DNA of 62,429 bases, counting the filler, from Hausera hauseri (Eukaryota): the NCBI GenBank assembly GCA_046269625.1. It is 12 parts of 12 records of this genome, joined end to end, with 100 filler letters (N's around TTAATTAATTAA, not from the genome) between each part and the next. Parts side by side here need not be neighbours in the genome. Positions count along the whole stretch, not along the records: positions 34,176 to 39,212 come from JBJURY010354598.1; positions 39,313 to 43,936 come from JBJURY010499352.1; positions 44,037 to 48,285 come from JBJURY010676773.1; positions 48,386 to 53,323 come from JBJURY010385702.1; 8 more parts are not named here. One strand, written 5' to 3'. Below the pieces are notes generated by a model that saw only the letters and a program-made list of their open reading frames with translations, was not told the DNA's origin and did no database searches. The position numbers and the translations under genes are program-made. This document shows, one piece after another, positions 38,382 to 50,868 of the stretch (the stretch's first letter is position 1; each line of letters starts with the position of its first letter).

Positions 38382-39212
38382 AGGGGGGAGAGATGTTAGG
38401 GTTATGAAGTTAGCACAAATATAAATTTATGAATTTATTAAAAACATTTGTTTAAGAAATTTCTAAAAAATTTAAAGATTAAAATTAAAAAGTTTACTAT
38501 TCTTAAGACGTTAAGTTAAATCTTCAATGAAATTTTTAAATTTAAAGTTTAAAGAAGAAAAATTAAAAATTAATTTAATAAAAAGTCAATAAATTTAATT
38601 AATTAAGTCAATTAAAAGAAAAAACTATACTACGCAAAGTATAGTTTAATAACGAATCGATACTACATAAAATATGTTAAATTTGATAAATTAAAATCAG
38701 TACTACACAAAGTACTGCATGTCCAAAGAAAAACTCATAATAAGATAAAGAACATTACCACGTAAATCACAAAAACTAAAGAACTATTACCCCACGATTT
38801 ACTAAAGTTCAAAAAACACCCACAGTCAATAAAATGGTATAAATACCCAAGTAAAAATTAGAATGACGAACACAAAATCTTAAAGGTTAAATTAACCGAT
38901 TTTAATTGCTAGACCTTGCCGTTAGATTCGGAAACAAGGTTCTTTTCAATATCATTCGACAACTGTAGCAAGTTAGTTTTTGTAATTGCTTGCCGTGATT
39001 CGGATACCAATACAATTTTTTTCAATCCGTGTTTATTTCATTTTGGGAAGAGTCCACGAAGAATTTTTCAGTAAGTATTTCAATAATTTTTTCGTGTTCG
39101 TTAATTTTCTCATCTTCTTCGTAAATAATTTAAATTTTTCCCCTTAATTAAGAGCGACAGCGGCCGAACCACAAGTAGGCCAAGCTATTATACACCAATT
39201 AAATAAAATCAA
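38382..39212 (+). repeat. Polypurine tract and 3' LTR (truncated)
   Basis: AGGGGGGAGAGA (38382-38393) is immediately followed by TGTTAGGG (LTR start 38394). TATAAATA at ~38838; AATAAA at ~39202. Confidence 0.75.
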
Positions 39213-39312
39213 NNNNNNNNNNNNNNNNNNNNNNNNNNNNNNNNNNNNNNNNNNNNTTAATTAATTAANNNNNNNNNNNNNNNNNNNNNNNNNNNNNNNN
39301 NNNNNNNNNNNN

Positions 39313-41250
39313 TAAATTTTCCAGGTAGGGATGCGATTCTTCATTCCCCTTCTTCTCTCGTCAAACTTCCTCCAGGTATTTTTTAAAAGTGCTGAATTTG
39401 TATTGCCTTCCTTTGTTTGTGTCCCAGTTTTGTTCAGTCAGTCTATAATAAACTTTCCCTTCTGCCAAGTATATATATACGTCACTGTGCTGCCCTAATT
39501 CAAATTTCAATAAATTTTGTAGACTATAGCTTCGTGCATCTTCATTTTTCCTCATCGCATATAATCTCAACACTCGATTCTCTTCGACAATTCCCTATAG
39601 ATGGTTAGGAATTTCATCCACTTTATTGTATTCAATCGCTGTCTAGTTCTGTAGATCCACGTGAATGTGCCTGTATATGGATTTGGAGTTCGGGGTGATT
39701 ATAATCGCATTCTCTTGCAAAAATCCATCGATGTCCGTACAAGAATTGCTGCTGGTCGCCATAATACTCACCAATCTGAAATAAAACAAATAAAGGTTAA
39801 TCCTAAGACAGATCTTTGTTTCATTACAAAACAATTTCACTGTCTGATGATAGAAAAACCTGATATGTAGTTGTCAGGTTATTTTATCATATAAATCACT
39901 TTGGTAAAGCACGATTATCCCTCCATCCTTATTTTTGTGCTGTTTTCTACAATTTTTGGCAAATATATAAAATGACTCAATTGATATTAATAAGACAAAC
40001 GCTGACACTGCGATAGTAGGCATAATAGATGAAGTTGTTAATTCAATTGTTTTCTGTGTTGCCATATATGTAGTAATTGTGTTTTCTATGTCTTGACCCT
40101 TTTGTGAATCTGGGTAATTACTTTCTGCTAAAGTGCTTAAGGTGATTGCCTGATTTTGCTTTCCTGCTGAATTAATTTGTATTATGTATTCTGTCTGAGG
40201 TTTTAATGTGTTACATTCTACTTGTCGTGTATTCTGTATAAGTTTTACTTTTTGTCCGTCATATAAGGTTCGACACTTTATTTCTATATCGTAGTTTAAT
40301 CCTTCCTCAACAAAGAACACTATTCTATACTGATAAACCAAAAATCTGATAGGTATGTTTTTAATTTCTGTTTTAGATATATTGTTCATTGTAACAATTC
40401 GTGCGGTCGACTTTTTAGTCGGGTTTCCATTGAAATTTTCCAAATTCTATTTTCTGGATAGTAAGTTCGTAATTGTATACTTGATTGATTAAGCCGTATC
40501 TCATATAAGTCAAATCTTATTTTGAATTCCTGGTTCACGGGTATTTTACAACACGGATGTTGCACGCCTGCGAGAATGGAACAATATCCTATTTTCGGAG
40601 TTGGTCCTATTGCTGCCTCAAACACGATACTAATTTCCCGACTGACGGTTAGCTCCGTCCGAGTATTTACTTGGATACATTGTCTTTCCTTATTCACAAA
40701 GATTCTCTGGATATTTTCGTTTAGTAGTCTTATGTCCGGGTCAGTGGATCGTAACAATTCGTTAAGTTTTATTTCATGACGCCTATTCCAAGCAGGAATG
40801 ACTAGTTGGAATTGTGGTTTGTTTCATAAATTTTAAATAATTTTGGTAGGTACAGACAATAGGTCAGATTATAAGTATATCCGAAATCTATGTCGCAACA
40901 TTACGTACGCTTTCCAGGCTTAAAATCACAATTCTTTGTTTCTTTTGTTATTACGTCATGTAAGACAATTTGGATCCATACAGAATTTCGGTGTGGTTTC
41001 CGTGTCTTAAATCCAATGCATGTGGAGTTAGGTGAGTAATAGTGGATCGTTATTGCTTGTAATAATCTTATATCTTCTTGTTTTTGATTCCCTTCGACTG
41101 TCGGTTTCCTTTCAGTTTCAATAACCTCCAATCTTGCTCCATTTTTCCGAACTCCGTAATTGTCGTGCCACCCTTTAGCTTGTGTTTTCGGGATATAGGA
41201 GGCAATTAGCGATAACGCTAAAATTATTTAAACATACGATATTGGTCTGT
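39313..41250 (-). pseudogene. Accessory region after integrase: FN3-like ectodomain + TM + further ORF remnants
   Basis: IEIKCRTLY...VECNTLKPQTEYIIQIN, TM IMPTIAVSAFVLLISIESFYIFA then KNCRK. Homologous to 34728-35760 (also QLRTYYP vs LQITYYFP). Confidence 0.6.
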
Positions 41251-41289
41251 TAATTATGGAGGATGTTTTTGTTTTCTTTTTATCTTGAT

Positions 41290-43936
41290 GCGAGCTAGAT
41301 CGCAAATTGTAACGTATTTCTGGTTTTATTTCTGTTTTAGCAACTCTCTGAATAGATACTACCTCTTCTTTGCCATTTTCATTAATGTACACCGTAGTTG
41401 GTGTGGTTAGAATGACTTCATAAGGTCCTCGTCTGTGCGAGTGAGTTTTAATGATGTACCTTTCTTTGCAATTGGATAATGTACGTAATCCCAGTTTCCT
41501 TTTTCTAAATCATGAGGTTTGGCATTTTTATCATATTGTTTCTTAAACTGCTCTTGATACTCAAGAGTAAGCGTTTTCGCTATATCCCAAAATTTCTATA
41601 ATCTTATTCGCAAAACTTCTGCGAAGTTCGGTTCTAAATCGTCTGGATTTGCGTCATACGGAGTCATTCCTAAGTCCGTAGGTAAAATCGCTTCGCGTCC
41701 GTACATCATAAAAAATGGTGTAAATCCTGTGGCGGGATATAGAGTAATATTGATAGCGAATTGTGTTCCTTCTAAAACTTCATCCCAGTTCTTTTGATTC
41801 TTTGCTACTACGGTAGATAGGACTCGTATGACTGTTGCATTCATACGTTCGACCATCCCATTGCACTGAGGGTGATATGCGGTAGTGGTTAGCCGTTCAA
41901 TTTTGAAGATTTTAGAAATTCTGTCAAATAATTTGCTTGTAAAATTTCTTCCTCTATCGGTTAGTATTTGATCGGGCGGTCCGTATTTGCAAATGATTTT
42001 CCTTACTACTGCGTCGGCTAGAGTTTCCGCCTTTTGATCAATTAGTGCGATCAATTCCACAAAGTGTGTTAAATGATCTACGCATGTCAAAATATATTTA
42101 TTATTTTTATGAGTTGCAGGTAAAGGTTTTACTATATCCATAGGCATAGCTTGCATAGGTCTGTCTGGTATGTCGATTGGTTTTAATTCTGCTACATAGT
42201 TTTTCAACTTTTTTGTTTCATTGCACAAACTTCGCAAGCGTCCACTCAATTTTTCACATCAATATAAACGCTTGGTCAGTAGTACTTATTCAATATTCTT
42301 TCTAGTTTTTTCTTTCATGACATATGTCCAACTAAATGTGAATCGTGTTCAGCCATTAATACTTCTGTTCGTAATCCTTTCGGGATAACTACCAGTTTCC
42401 GTCCCTTCCGTTCGTAATATAGAATATTATCCGGGTTCGATGCATAATATTTTTATCCGTGTCGCTGTAAGTGTTTCTTTAGTTGACGCCCTTTTGATAT
42501 CTTATCTTTCTCGTAAAATTTAACTATTTGTTGGATAACTTTATCTTTAGCTTGTTCTGCAGCAATTGTGATTGCTTTATTTAGTGTCAAGGTCCGTTGT
42601 CGCTCGACTAAATCTTCAAGTTGAGCTTTCTTCATGGTTGTAATCGTATTTGTCTTTGTTTTAAGTCTTGATAAGGCGTCTGCGTCTACATGTTTACTTC
42701 CGGGTTTATATTGAAATTCAGTATTGTACCGCGAAATTTCCTCAATCCATCGATTCAGTGTACACGTCAAGTTATTAGCCCGTCCCTTTAGCGTGGTAAA
42801 AGTTTTATGAACGGTTACTATAATAAATTTTTGTTCGTAGACATAGACATTAAAATGTCTCTAGGCTTCTTTTACGGCTAGTGTTTCTAGTTCGGTTACT
42901 GAATAATTTTTATCAGCTTTTTTAAGCGATCGTCCTCCATATGCAATTGGATGTTTTAGTTCTTCGTCTTCTCGTTTTTGAGCCAATTCGTAACCAATTC
43001 CTTCTTTACTTGCGTCTGTTTTAATTATAAATGGTAAATTGAAATCGGCGTATCTAAACACTGGTTCACTTGTTAGAATTTTCTTCATTTCGTCGAATGC
43101 TTTCTGTTCAACATAGGTCCATTTCCATTTGATGCCTTTTTTCAATAGCCTATGTAATGGCGCATTTATTTTCGAATTGTCTGTTACGTAAGTGGCATAA
43201 TATCCGAATAAGCCTAACCAATGCCCTACTTCTTTCTGATTCTGTGGTTCCATACAATCCGATATTTTGTTTCATAAGGATTTGTATGGCTTCGGTCCTC
43301 CTTCTCCGACTATGTGTCCAATATAAAATACAGCGTTTTGTGCCCATTTACATTTCTTGGGATACAGCTTCAATCCTGCCTGTTCTAATCGCATAGGAGT
43401 ATCCTCGATGTCTTTTAGATGTTCGTCCTCTGTTTTTGATGCTATCATTACATTGTCTAAATATGCGAACGCGTGATCTAGTCCCATTAACATCTTATTC
43501 ATCATTCTAGTGAAAATAGCTGGGCCGGTTGTTATACCAAACGGCATGACGTTAAATTCGTAAACTCCATCGTGTGTCTTAAATGCTGTCTTATAACGGT
43601 CATCTTCAATTTCTACTTGCCAGTATCTTGATTGTAAATCCAGCGTGGTAAACCATTTTGCTTCTGATAGACGGTCTAAAACTTCTTTCACTGATGGTAG
43701 TGGAAATGAATCCTTCATCATAAGCATATTTAAGGCTCTAATCTATACAGAATCGGTGTTTAGTGGTATCTTTTTTCTTAACTATGAGTATCGGCGAATA
43801 CCAAGATCGGTAGCTTGGTCGTATTGTCGGCTTTTCACATATGTTCTACTTTGGTTATTTCGGGCTTTAATGAATGCGGTTGTGGATACCATTTATGCAT
43901 CTTTTGCTCTTCCAAGTCTTTTGTACCAATTTATTG
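41290..43936 (-). mobile_element. Decayed Ty3/Gypsy pol (RT-RH-IN), same family as 34176-39212
   Basis: RT (DSFPLP, YKTAFKTHDGVYEFNVMPFG, AYLDN), RH (TDASKEGIG, NYSVTELE, HVDADALSR), IN (LTDRGRNFTS, YHPQCNGMVER). The shared VHYPIAKKGTSLKLT / GPY / RYNLRS motifs match the + strand copy. Confidence 0.93.
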
Positions 43937-44109
43937 NNNNNNNNNNNNNNNNNNNNNNNNNNNNNNNNNNNNNNNNNNNNTTAATTAATTAANNNNNNNN
44001 NNNNNNNNNNNNNNNNNNNNNNNNNNNNNNNNNNNNAGCTTGCCTTTGTCAGTGACCTTTGGCATGACAAATACCAATCATTAATGACAAAATTTCTTAA
44101 TGGATAAAG

Positions 44110-44450
44110 TTTCCACTATACGGACATGACTTTCGCACTATACGGACATGTCGTTCATATAATACGAACATGCAAGCCGTTTGTTAAAGGGATCAGTTTT
44201 CCACTATAAGTCCAACTTGCCCGTCGTTAAAGGGAAGCCGTTTGCACTATACGGGATACTCACCCGTCGTTAAAGGGAAGTCGTTCGCACTATAAGGGCG
44301 ACCTATTCGTTGTTTATGTATATAATTATATAGTATAACGACAAGACTTTTGCACTGTAAGGCCTACATGTCCGTTGTTAAAGGGATACGTTTTACACTA
44401 TACGTGCACGACGGCCGCACTATAAGGACAACATACGGACATGAAGTCCA
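44110..44450. repeat. ~43-bp minisatellite
   Basis: Recurring GTCGTTAAAGGGA...GCACTATA core with variable ~15-bp tails; CACTATACGGACATG subrepeats. Confidence 0.75.
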
Positions 44451-44859
44451 TTTGTTAACGACACAACCAAGACGTTGTTACAACTGACATCATAGTTGTC
44501 GACATGAACATTGTTCCAGTCGACACGCGATTACAAATAAAACATTTCCATGTCACTACAAGACCATGCACATTCATTATTACAAGTCCGACTCTATCAA
44601 GGAACATGATAGTGTTGACTGCTAGAACAAACAACATTACCCCTAACATTACAACTTTACCAAGACACAAAATAACCAACATTTCTCCTATACAACTGTC
44701 ACTACAACTTTACCAAAGGAACACGATAGTGTTGACTAACAGAACATTTCCCCAATACAAGTCCAACCTTACCAAGATACATGAACAAGCAACAACATTT
44801 CCTGCAAACCCATCGAACGTTCTAAGTTTCCGACCAAAGGCATACGATGATGATGCTAA

Positions 44860-45270
44860 CTAATAACACATTTTCCCAATCACCACATTCCCCTATCACT
44901 ACAACTTTACCAAGACACTATAACAGCAACATGTCCACGAACTCATCTATCATTACAACACTAAAAGTACAGAACCGTCCACCAACGGCACTTGCTGATG
45001 ATAACTAGTAAAACATTTTCCCCAACACCACATTCCCCTATCACTACAACTTTAGCAAGACACAAAACAACGCTACGTTTCCCCTATCCAACTATCACTA
45101 CAACACTAAGAGTTCAGAACCGTCAACCAACGGCACACGATGATGATAACTAATAAAACATTGCCCCCAACACCACACGATGATGATAACTAATAAAACA
45201 TTTCCCCCAGCACCACATTCCCCTATCACTACAACTTTACCATGATACAAAACAATACTACATTTCCCCT
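44860..45270. repeat. Diverged tandem repeat (CACCACATTCCCCTATCACTACAACTTTA core)
   Basis: Core occurs at ~44881, ~45025 and ~45211, preceded by TGATGATAACTAATAAAACATT-like sequence. Weaker copies lie at 44640-44770. Confidence 0.8.
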
Positions 45271-47329
45271 ATCCAGCACGTCTCGTATATAACTACAAGT
45301 CCAATATTACCAAGAAACATAGTTAAAAAAGTGACTTCGACAACGCATAAGAAGAAGAAGAATGGGCCCAAATGACCACTTGACTAGCTCAATTAAGTCC
45401 CATAGCAAGTATTGACACACTTTATACAAGAAAAAACAAGCTAGAACTCGCGCAATTATGCACATCCAATTACAAAAGGCAAGCTAAGTCGTGAGAAAGG
45501 ACACGTCTTTTCCTCATGATTGCTGATACGGGTCACTGACAAAGGTTACTATTGGACGTGACAAAAGTCTTTTCCTCGTGATTGTTGTTACGGGTAACTG
45601 ACCAAAGTCAAAGGTCATCGATCACGTGTTGTATCGTGTGCAAAAACGCTGACTCGGCTTTGTCTGTAAATGCTGTTGCTTATGAAACAAGGTACAAACA
45701 AGTTACAAGGTTAGTGAAACGTTAGTGTTGTAAAAGAATGTATATTTGTAAACCATCGGTTACATGAATGTTAAAAGACGTGTTTTATTTGAGTGAAAAA
45801 TGGAAGGCTTTGTACTCGGGCGAACACTGGAATGTTGGTTAGACCTCTGGCCGGATATGGTAACTCGGCCGTAAGTTATGTTTCGGTTGAGCGCTTTGCT
45901 TGGCAAGGGAAGCCTTTGTACTTGGACAAATACGTTTCGTTGTTCTAATAAATGGCCTTGAGAAACCTGCCTTTAACAGAAAATACCCCGCTTCCGTGTC
46001 CCAATTCACTCCCAAAGACATTCACAACCGTGAGGAAGCCAACCTAAACCACCACGAGCACTCTAAAAAAACACGACCTTAGCAGAAAATATCTCCCCTT
46101 ACTTGTCACTAAACATGAGGAAGTTGCCCTAAACCACGCCCGCAACCATAAGAAACCCGACTTTAACAGAAAATATGTGTCCCTAAACACAAAGAAACAC
46201 ATCCCGACAGGATGACTGCCGCGCTCTTATCAAGGCTTACAAAACATAATTGTACTATAATTACCTAATTAAAAACAATTACTTAATTACCGGCGATCTG
46301 ACGGACGATCCGGCGACCTTGCAGCAGCCTACCCCAGCCTCTGCAGCCGACCCCGCCACCATCGGCCGACATCAACTTTATCAACGATTACACCTATACA
46401 TAACTATTATTTAAATAAAATTAAACACATTTTTTAATTAAAACATATAATTAGCTAATTAATTACCTAATTAAAAAACAAAAAAATGTACAAGTCCGAC
46501 CTGGAACCAGCCGGCGCTGCCTCACCACTCACAACAACGACCGGGTACTCACCCTAACTACATCATCAAACAACAACACTGAGCGAATTAATCTTAACAA
46601 TAGGAGTTGTCCAGAGCACCCCCTAAACAAAATATGAAAGAGTTGTCTGCCCCTTGAAAACTTGACCAAAAAGAGTAGTCTCCCCTTACCCCGATCTACA
46701 CCCCCTACCGTATTTTGCTCTTTGAGTCATTTATCACCCCCTAGCACTCCTTACAGTATTTTGTTCTTTGAGTCATTTAGCACGCCTGTTGCAACCCCTG
46801 AAATGCGACTCGTGACTGCCTATATCACTACTTACGCCTGCCTTTAGGCGTAAAATGTTTAGTTTGTGGGCGTAGTTTTGTTTTCTTCCGTCATCTCTGA
46901 GGATTTACTGCACTATTTCACTTACGTGTAGAAATTGCGGTTCAACTCCCAGCCAACACAATGCACTGGTGCAACGATATAGAGGAAAGTAAGTTTCACC
47001 GATCTGGAACACTAATCATGACGGTATCTGGCTGGGCCAGATGCTTATCGGGCCACTTATTCCAATGTGGCAGCAGTACTAGCAGGCTCAGCCAGGAAGG
47101 ATCGAAATTTCATGAACCGCAAAAAGTTGTGGCGCACTTCAAACACACGCCTACACGCAAAAGGTTTGAATTCAGTGACCCTCGAATGATTGTCTTCGCC
47201 CAGCACCAAGAAAGAGAAAGAAAGAAAGGGGTCTAACATTGGCTGCCACCAACAATTAGCAGAAAAACTGTCCGGAATATCGCCATCTCCCTAACGGGAG
47301 ACGAAGAAGCGGAAATTTACCCAACAAAA

Positions 47330-47640
47330 ATGTGTCCGACCAATGGAACTTTCTCTATCGGTCAGACAGAGAAATCCCACACTTTCTAACTGTGAAGGCA
47401 GCAGATAACGAAATGCAATTTCTTCAGCATACGGGTAGTCCTCCAAGGGCAAAGAACCCAATGTACCTTGTGTGGGCTGGACACCTACTGGGTAAAACCA
47501 GTGTCCCACAAAAAAGAACGCCAGGAAAGACAAACCAAACTAAACTAGCGTTAAAAGACGACGAAAAGCTAAAAGAAAATACGCAAAAGGACATCATCAT
47601 CACCAGCTGCAACGCCGTGAAGCGTAGGTCGTCATAGCTC
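47330..47640 (+). mobile_element. Possible decayed non-LTR ORF1 zinc-knuckle region
   Basis: NEMQFLQHTGSPPRAKNPMYLVWAGHLLGKTSVP looks like eroded CxxCxxxxH/CxxCxxxH...CP knuckles. Confidence 0.3.
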
Positions 47641-47649
47641 CCCATCAAT

Positions 47650-48285
47650 CAAACATCTTCATTTGATCACTTTGCTGTGCATGGGATGTTCAACATTCTT
47701 CCGATAAACCACATCTCTGTTGCTTTTAAAGAATATTCCAGTTTTTTACTCAGTGTCCAAGATTCGTAGCATTACATTAATATAGGTTCGAGAAAACACT
47801 GCAAGACTCTGTTTCTCAACTGTAATAACACATCTGTCGTACACAATATGCTTTTCATTGTCTGGATTGCTATTATGGCGTGCGCAGTTCTACTTTTGAT
47901 TTCTGTGTCACATTTGCCATTCGTGGTATTTGAATGTCTGCTATTGATTCTCTTTTTGCACTTTTATCGTTACATTGCACAATGGTGGTTCTTTCTTCAT
48001 AGAGACTGTAATCGTTGCAATTTTTAGTGGTCATTCTTTTCACTTTCAGTTATTACCGTGTTGAGCATCTCCTGTAAATCCCTTTCGTTCTTAGCTATTT
48101 TCACAGTGCCATCTGCATAGCGTAAGTTATTTAAATTACATCCACCAACTTTTAATCCGGGCAAATCTGCTATTGATCTATTATGTTTTCACAATATAGG
48201 GAGAACAGGTCTGTTGACAGAACACAAATCTGTCGTACACCCTGTTTTATCTCTTGGAATGGTCCTGATTAATTTTTTATCTGTA
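47650..48285 (-). mobile_element. Non-LTR retrotransposon RT fragment (RTE-like)
   Basis: IKQGVRQICVLSTDLFSLY, GLKVGGCNLNNLRYADGT, DLQEMLN, EIKSR, CYESWTL. Confidence 0.85.
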
Positions 48286-48385
48286 NNNNNNNNNNNNNNN
48301 NNNNNNNNNNNNNNNNNNNNNNNNNNNNNTTAATTAATTAANNNNNNNNNNNNNNNNNNNNNNNNNNNNNNNNNNNNNNNNNNNN

Positions 48386-50868
48386 CACGAACCTAGAGAT
48401 TCGAATCAAAATGGAAAATGAAAAGCGAACACAAATATATAGTTTGAGAAACCGAATTATGTCTCCAAACAACGAAGAAACCAAATACGTAATAAAAGCT
48501 TGTATCATAGAATTTGATGAATATAAGAATGAATTTAGTTGTGCCAGCCGGATTATGAAATTTATAAAAGTTCCAGATGATGAACTAAAGGATGTATATA
48601 AGATGCTAGACAAAGCTATATTGGCTAAGTCAATAATCGCCAATCAATTGTCGGAATGGTCCGAATTAGTAGCGCGACTAAGTAAATTAGTGGAAAACCG
48701 TAGGAAAGAATTTCCAGAGAGCGAACCTTTTACAAAGAAACAGTTAGAAGAAAGCGCATGTAATTTAGATACAATACAAGCAGAAATAGACATCCGAACG
48801 CGATTCAAAGCTTTACGGCGACTCAATTTTATGAAGAAGAAGCAAGAAACGATGATACTGGAAGTGATTTATAAAATGATCGAAGAGACAAACTTTACAG
48901 AAAAGCGAAATATGACTTGTAATTTTTATCCAAGATTAAGAAATATCCGACTAGAAGGAGTCCAACATTTAACAGATAAACCTATCGACGAGACTTTAAT
49001 TCAGGATATCGAAACCCTAAGCATTTGTCCGGGACATACAGCAACTTTAACAGAAACAATAAAATTCTTTCACAAACCACAAGAGTGGATGACGCGATCG
49101 GATCAGAATTTTTATACCGAGTTGACAAAGATAAGAAATGATCAACATCTCAATTTCCAGGAATCTAAATTCATAAAAAAATTGTTGGATGCGATGGACC
49201 CCGACTCAAAGGTCATAAATAAATGTATGAGCGGAGATTAATGATGAGAAGATGAAACATTTAATACCAAGACTACAGCAAGTAGAAGAAACGTGCATCA
49301 GAACAAAACAAGGAGCAACAAGACTAGATGAACTGGCAAAAGAGTTCGAAAGCTATCGGAATAAGTACGCCTTTACGGAATTAGAAATCAGAAATAAGCG
49401 AGAATTTGTACAACAGTGGCAAAGAGATGTAATCATGGAACTAACTGATTATCGCCAAAAGGGATTCATAAATTCTAATGAATTAGGCGAATTACTGAGA
49501 ATGATTCAGTATGCCTATGGAAACGGGATAGGTTTCCGAACTACGCAGATGAAAGAAATACAACCAAGATTGAAAGAAATCCGAGAAAATGTGCAAAGAA
49601 CGAAGACAGCCTTAATAGACTATGGGCTTCCAGATGTTGAGAATGAACCGGAATGGGATGCGTACTTAGATGCAATAACTGCCGAAAAACCCGTGACTCC
49701 AGTACAACTAAATGTGATAGAAATAAGGTCCGCAGAACAGGATATTCAATGTGGAAATGCTCCTGGATTCAGCGCTAGCTGAAAAAGATTTAATTGAACT
49801 AATTAACGTGAACCTTGCTGAAAGTAAGTTAAGACAATTTTCTAGTGAGAATACAATTTATAGCACGGTGCCGAAATTTTTGATAAGGAAATACGCTAAA
49901 ATCTTGAAGGCTAAACCTGAGGTAGCGATAAAAGTGTTGGTACCATCCGAGTGGATGGACGAAAAATAATGTGAACTAACTACATATTCCTATGTGAGGG
50001 ACGTAAAAGAGTGGTTATTAAATAATGGTGGAAGAGATAAGCTAAAGTATAGATTTTACTTTAGAGGTAGAATACTCGACGACTTAGAACAATTAGTAGA
50101 TGTAGGGATTATCCCAGACAAAACAAATAGGATAGTTGCAACAATAGCCAATGAACAAACAAAAGAAGAGGCCACGTGTAAAGCCAAAACAGAGCAATGC
50201 GTAGGACAAATTATGGGAGTCCGACATGCTGCTATGTACTTCGAGTATTTACAGACGGATCAGGACAAGGAACAATACGATATAAATTTAGTACCACTGA
50301 GTGAAACAACAACTAAAGATCCAAGGCCGAAACGTCTGGTTGGTAGGCCTAAAAAGACGCGAGAAGTTGACTATAATGGAGAATTGATTAGAGAATTGAG
50401 ACGGATATCGATTCCAACTGACAGTACAAATAATGAGGAATTAAGCGAGTTAATAAAGAATTTGATACGAATTGTAAATTATTCGAGCCTTCGAGGTGAT
50501 ACACTAGATGATAAAGAAAAGGTAATATTTAATGCAACTAGAATGATGAGAAGTTCACGATTTAAACTGTCAAAAGGTAATTTAACCGACAAATCGGTAA
50601 TCAAAAAGATCATGGTAGAAAACACCACTGACGAATTAAGGAAAGTATTACTATACTTAGCTATCAAAGTAAACCCCAGTCGAGAGAATGAAATGAATAG
50701 AGCTACAAACTTAGCACGAAGAGCGGCGAGAAAGCTGCCCGCGAAGTAACTTGGTCAAAACTATTTGACAAGGAAGAAGACAAACGGACTAGTAATAGTA
50801 ATGAACTCGACGATATGCTACGTAATTTGGTAACAACCGATAATAATAATCGGAAAAATGAATCAAAT
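48386..50868 (+). pseudogene. Disrupted long polyprotein-like ORF of unknown function upstream of a viral glycoprotein
   Basis: Abutting ORFs 48411-49241, 49252-49782, 49751-49969 and 49994-50749, separated only by stops or frameshifts. Charged and helical; no introns evident. Confidence 0.55.
49928..50146 (+). pseudogene. Internal ubiquitin-like domain
   Basis: IKVLVP...VRDVKEWL...KYRFYFRGRILDDLEQLVDVGIIPDKTNRIVATI fits the Ub fold pattern (RLIFxGxxLxDxxxLxDxGI). No terminal GG; one in-frame stop. Confidence 0.7.

Larger units (their letters stand above)
34176..39212 (+). mobile_element. Ty3/Gypsy 3' half: integrase C-terminus + ~1150-aa accessory extension + PPT + 3' LTR
   Basis: GYTPFELMYGRKP, FQPGDKVMV, GPY and RYSLRS, then an in-frame extension to 38146 broken by one frameshift (~35486) and two in-frame stops (36419, 37511). 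Confidence 0.9.

Noticed and set aside
44110-44450. CRISPR-like repeat/spacer pattern
   Set aside because: Repeats are degenerate, the variable parts are only ~15 bp and partly related, there are no cas genes, and the context is eukaryotic: a minisatellite.
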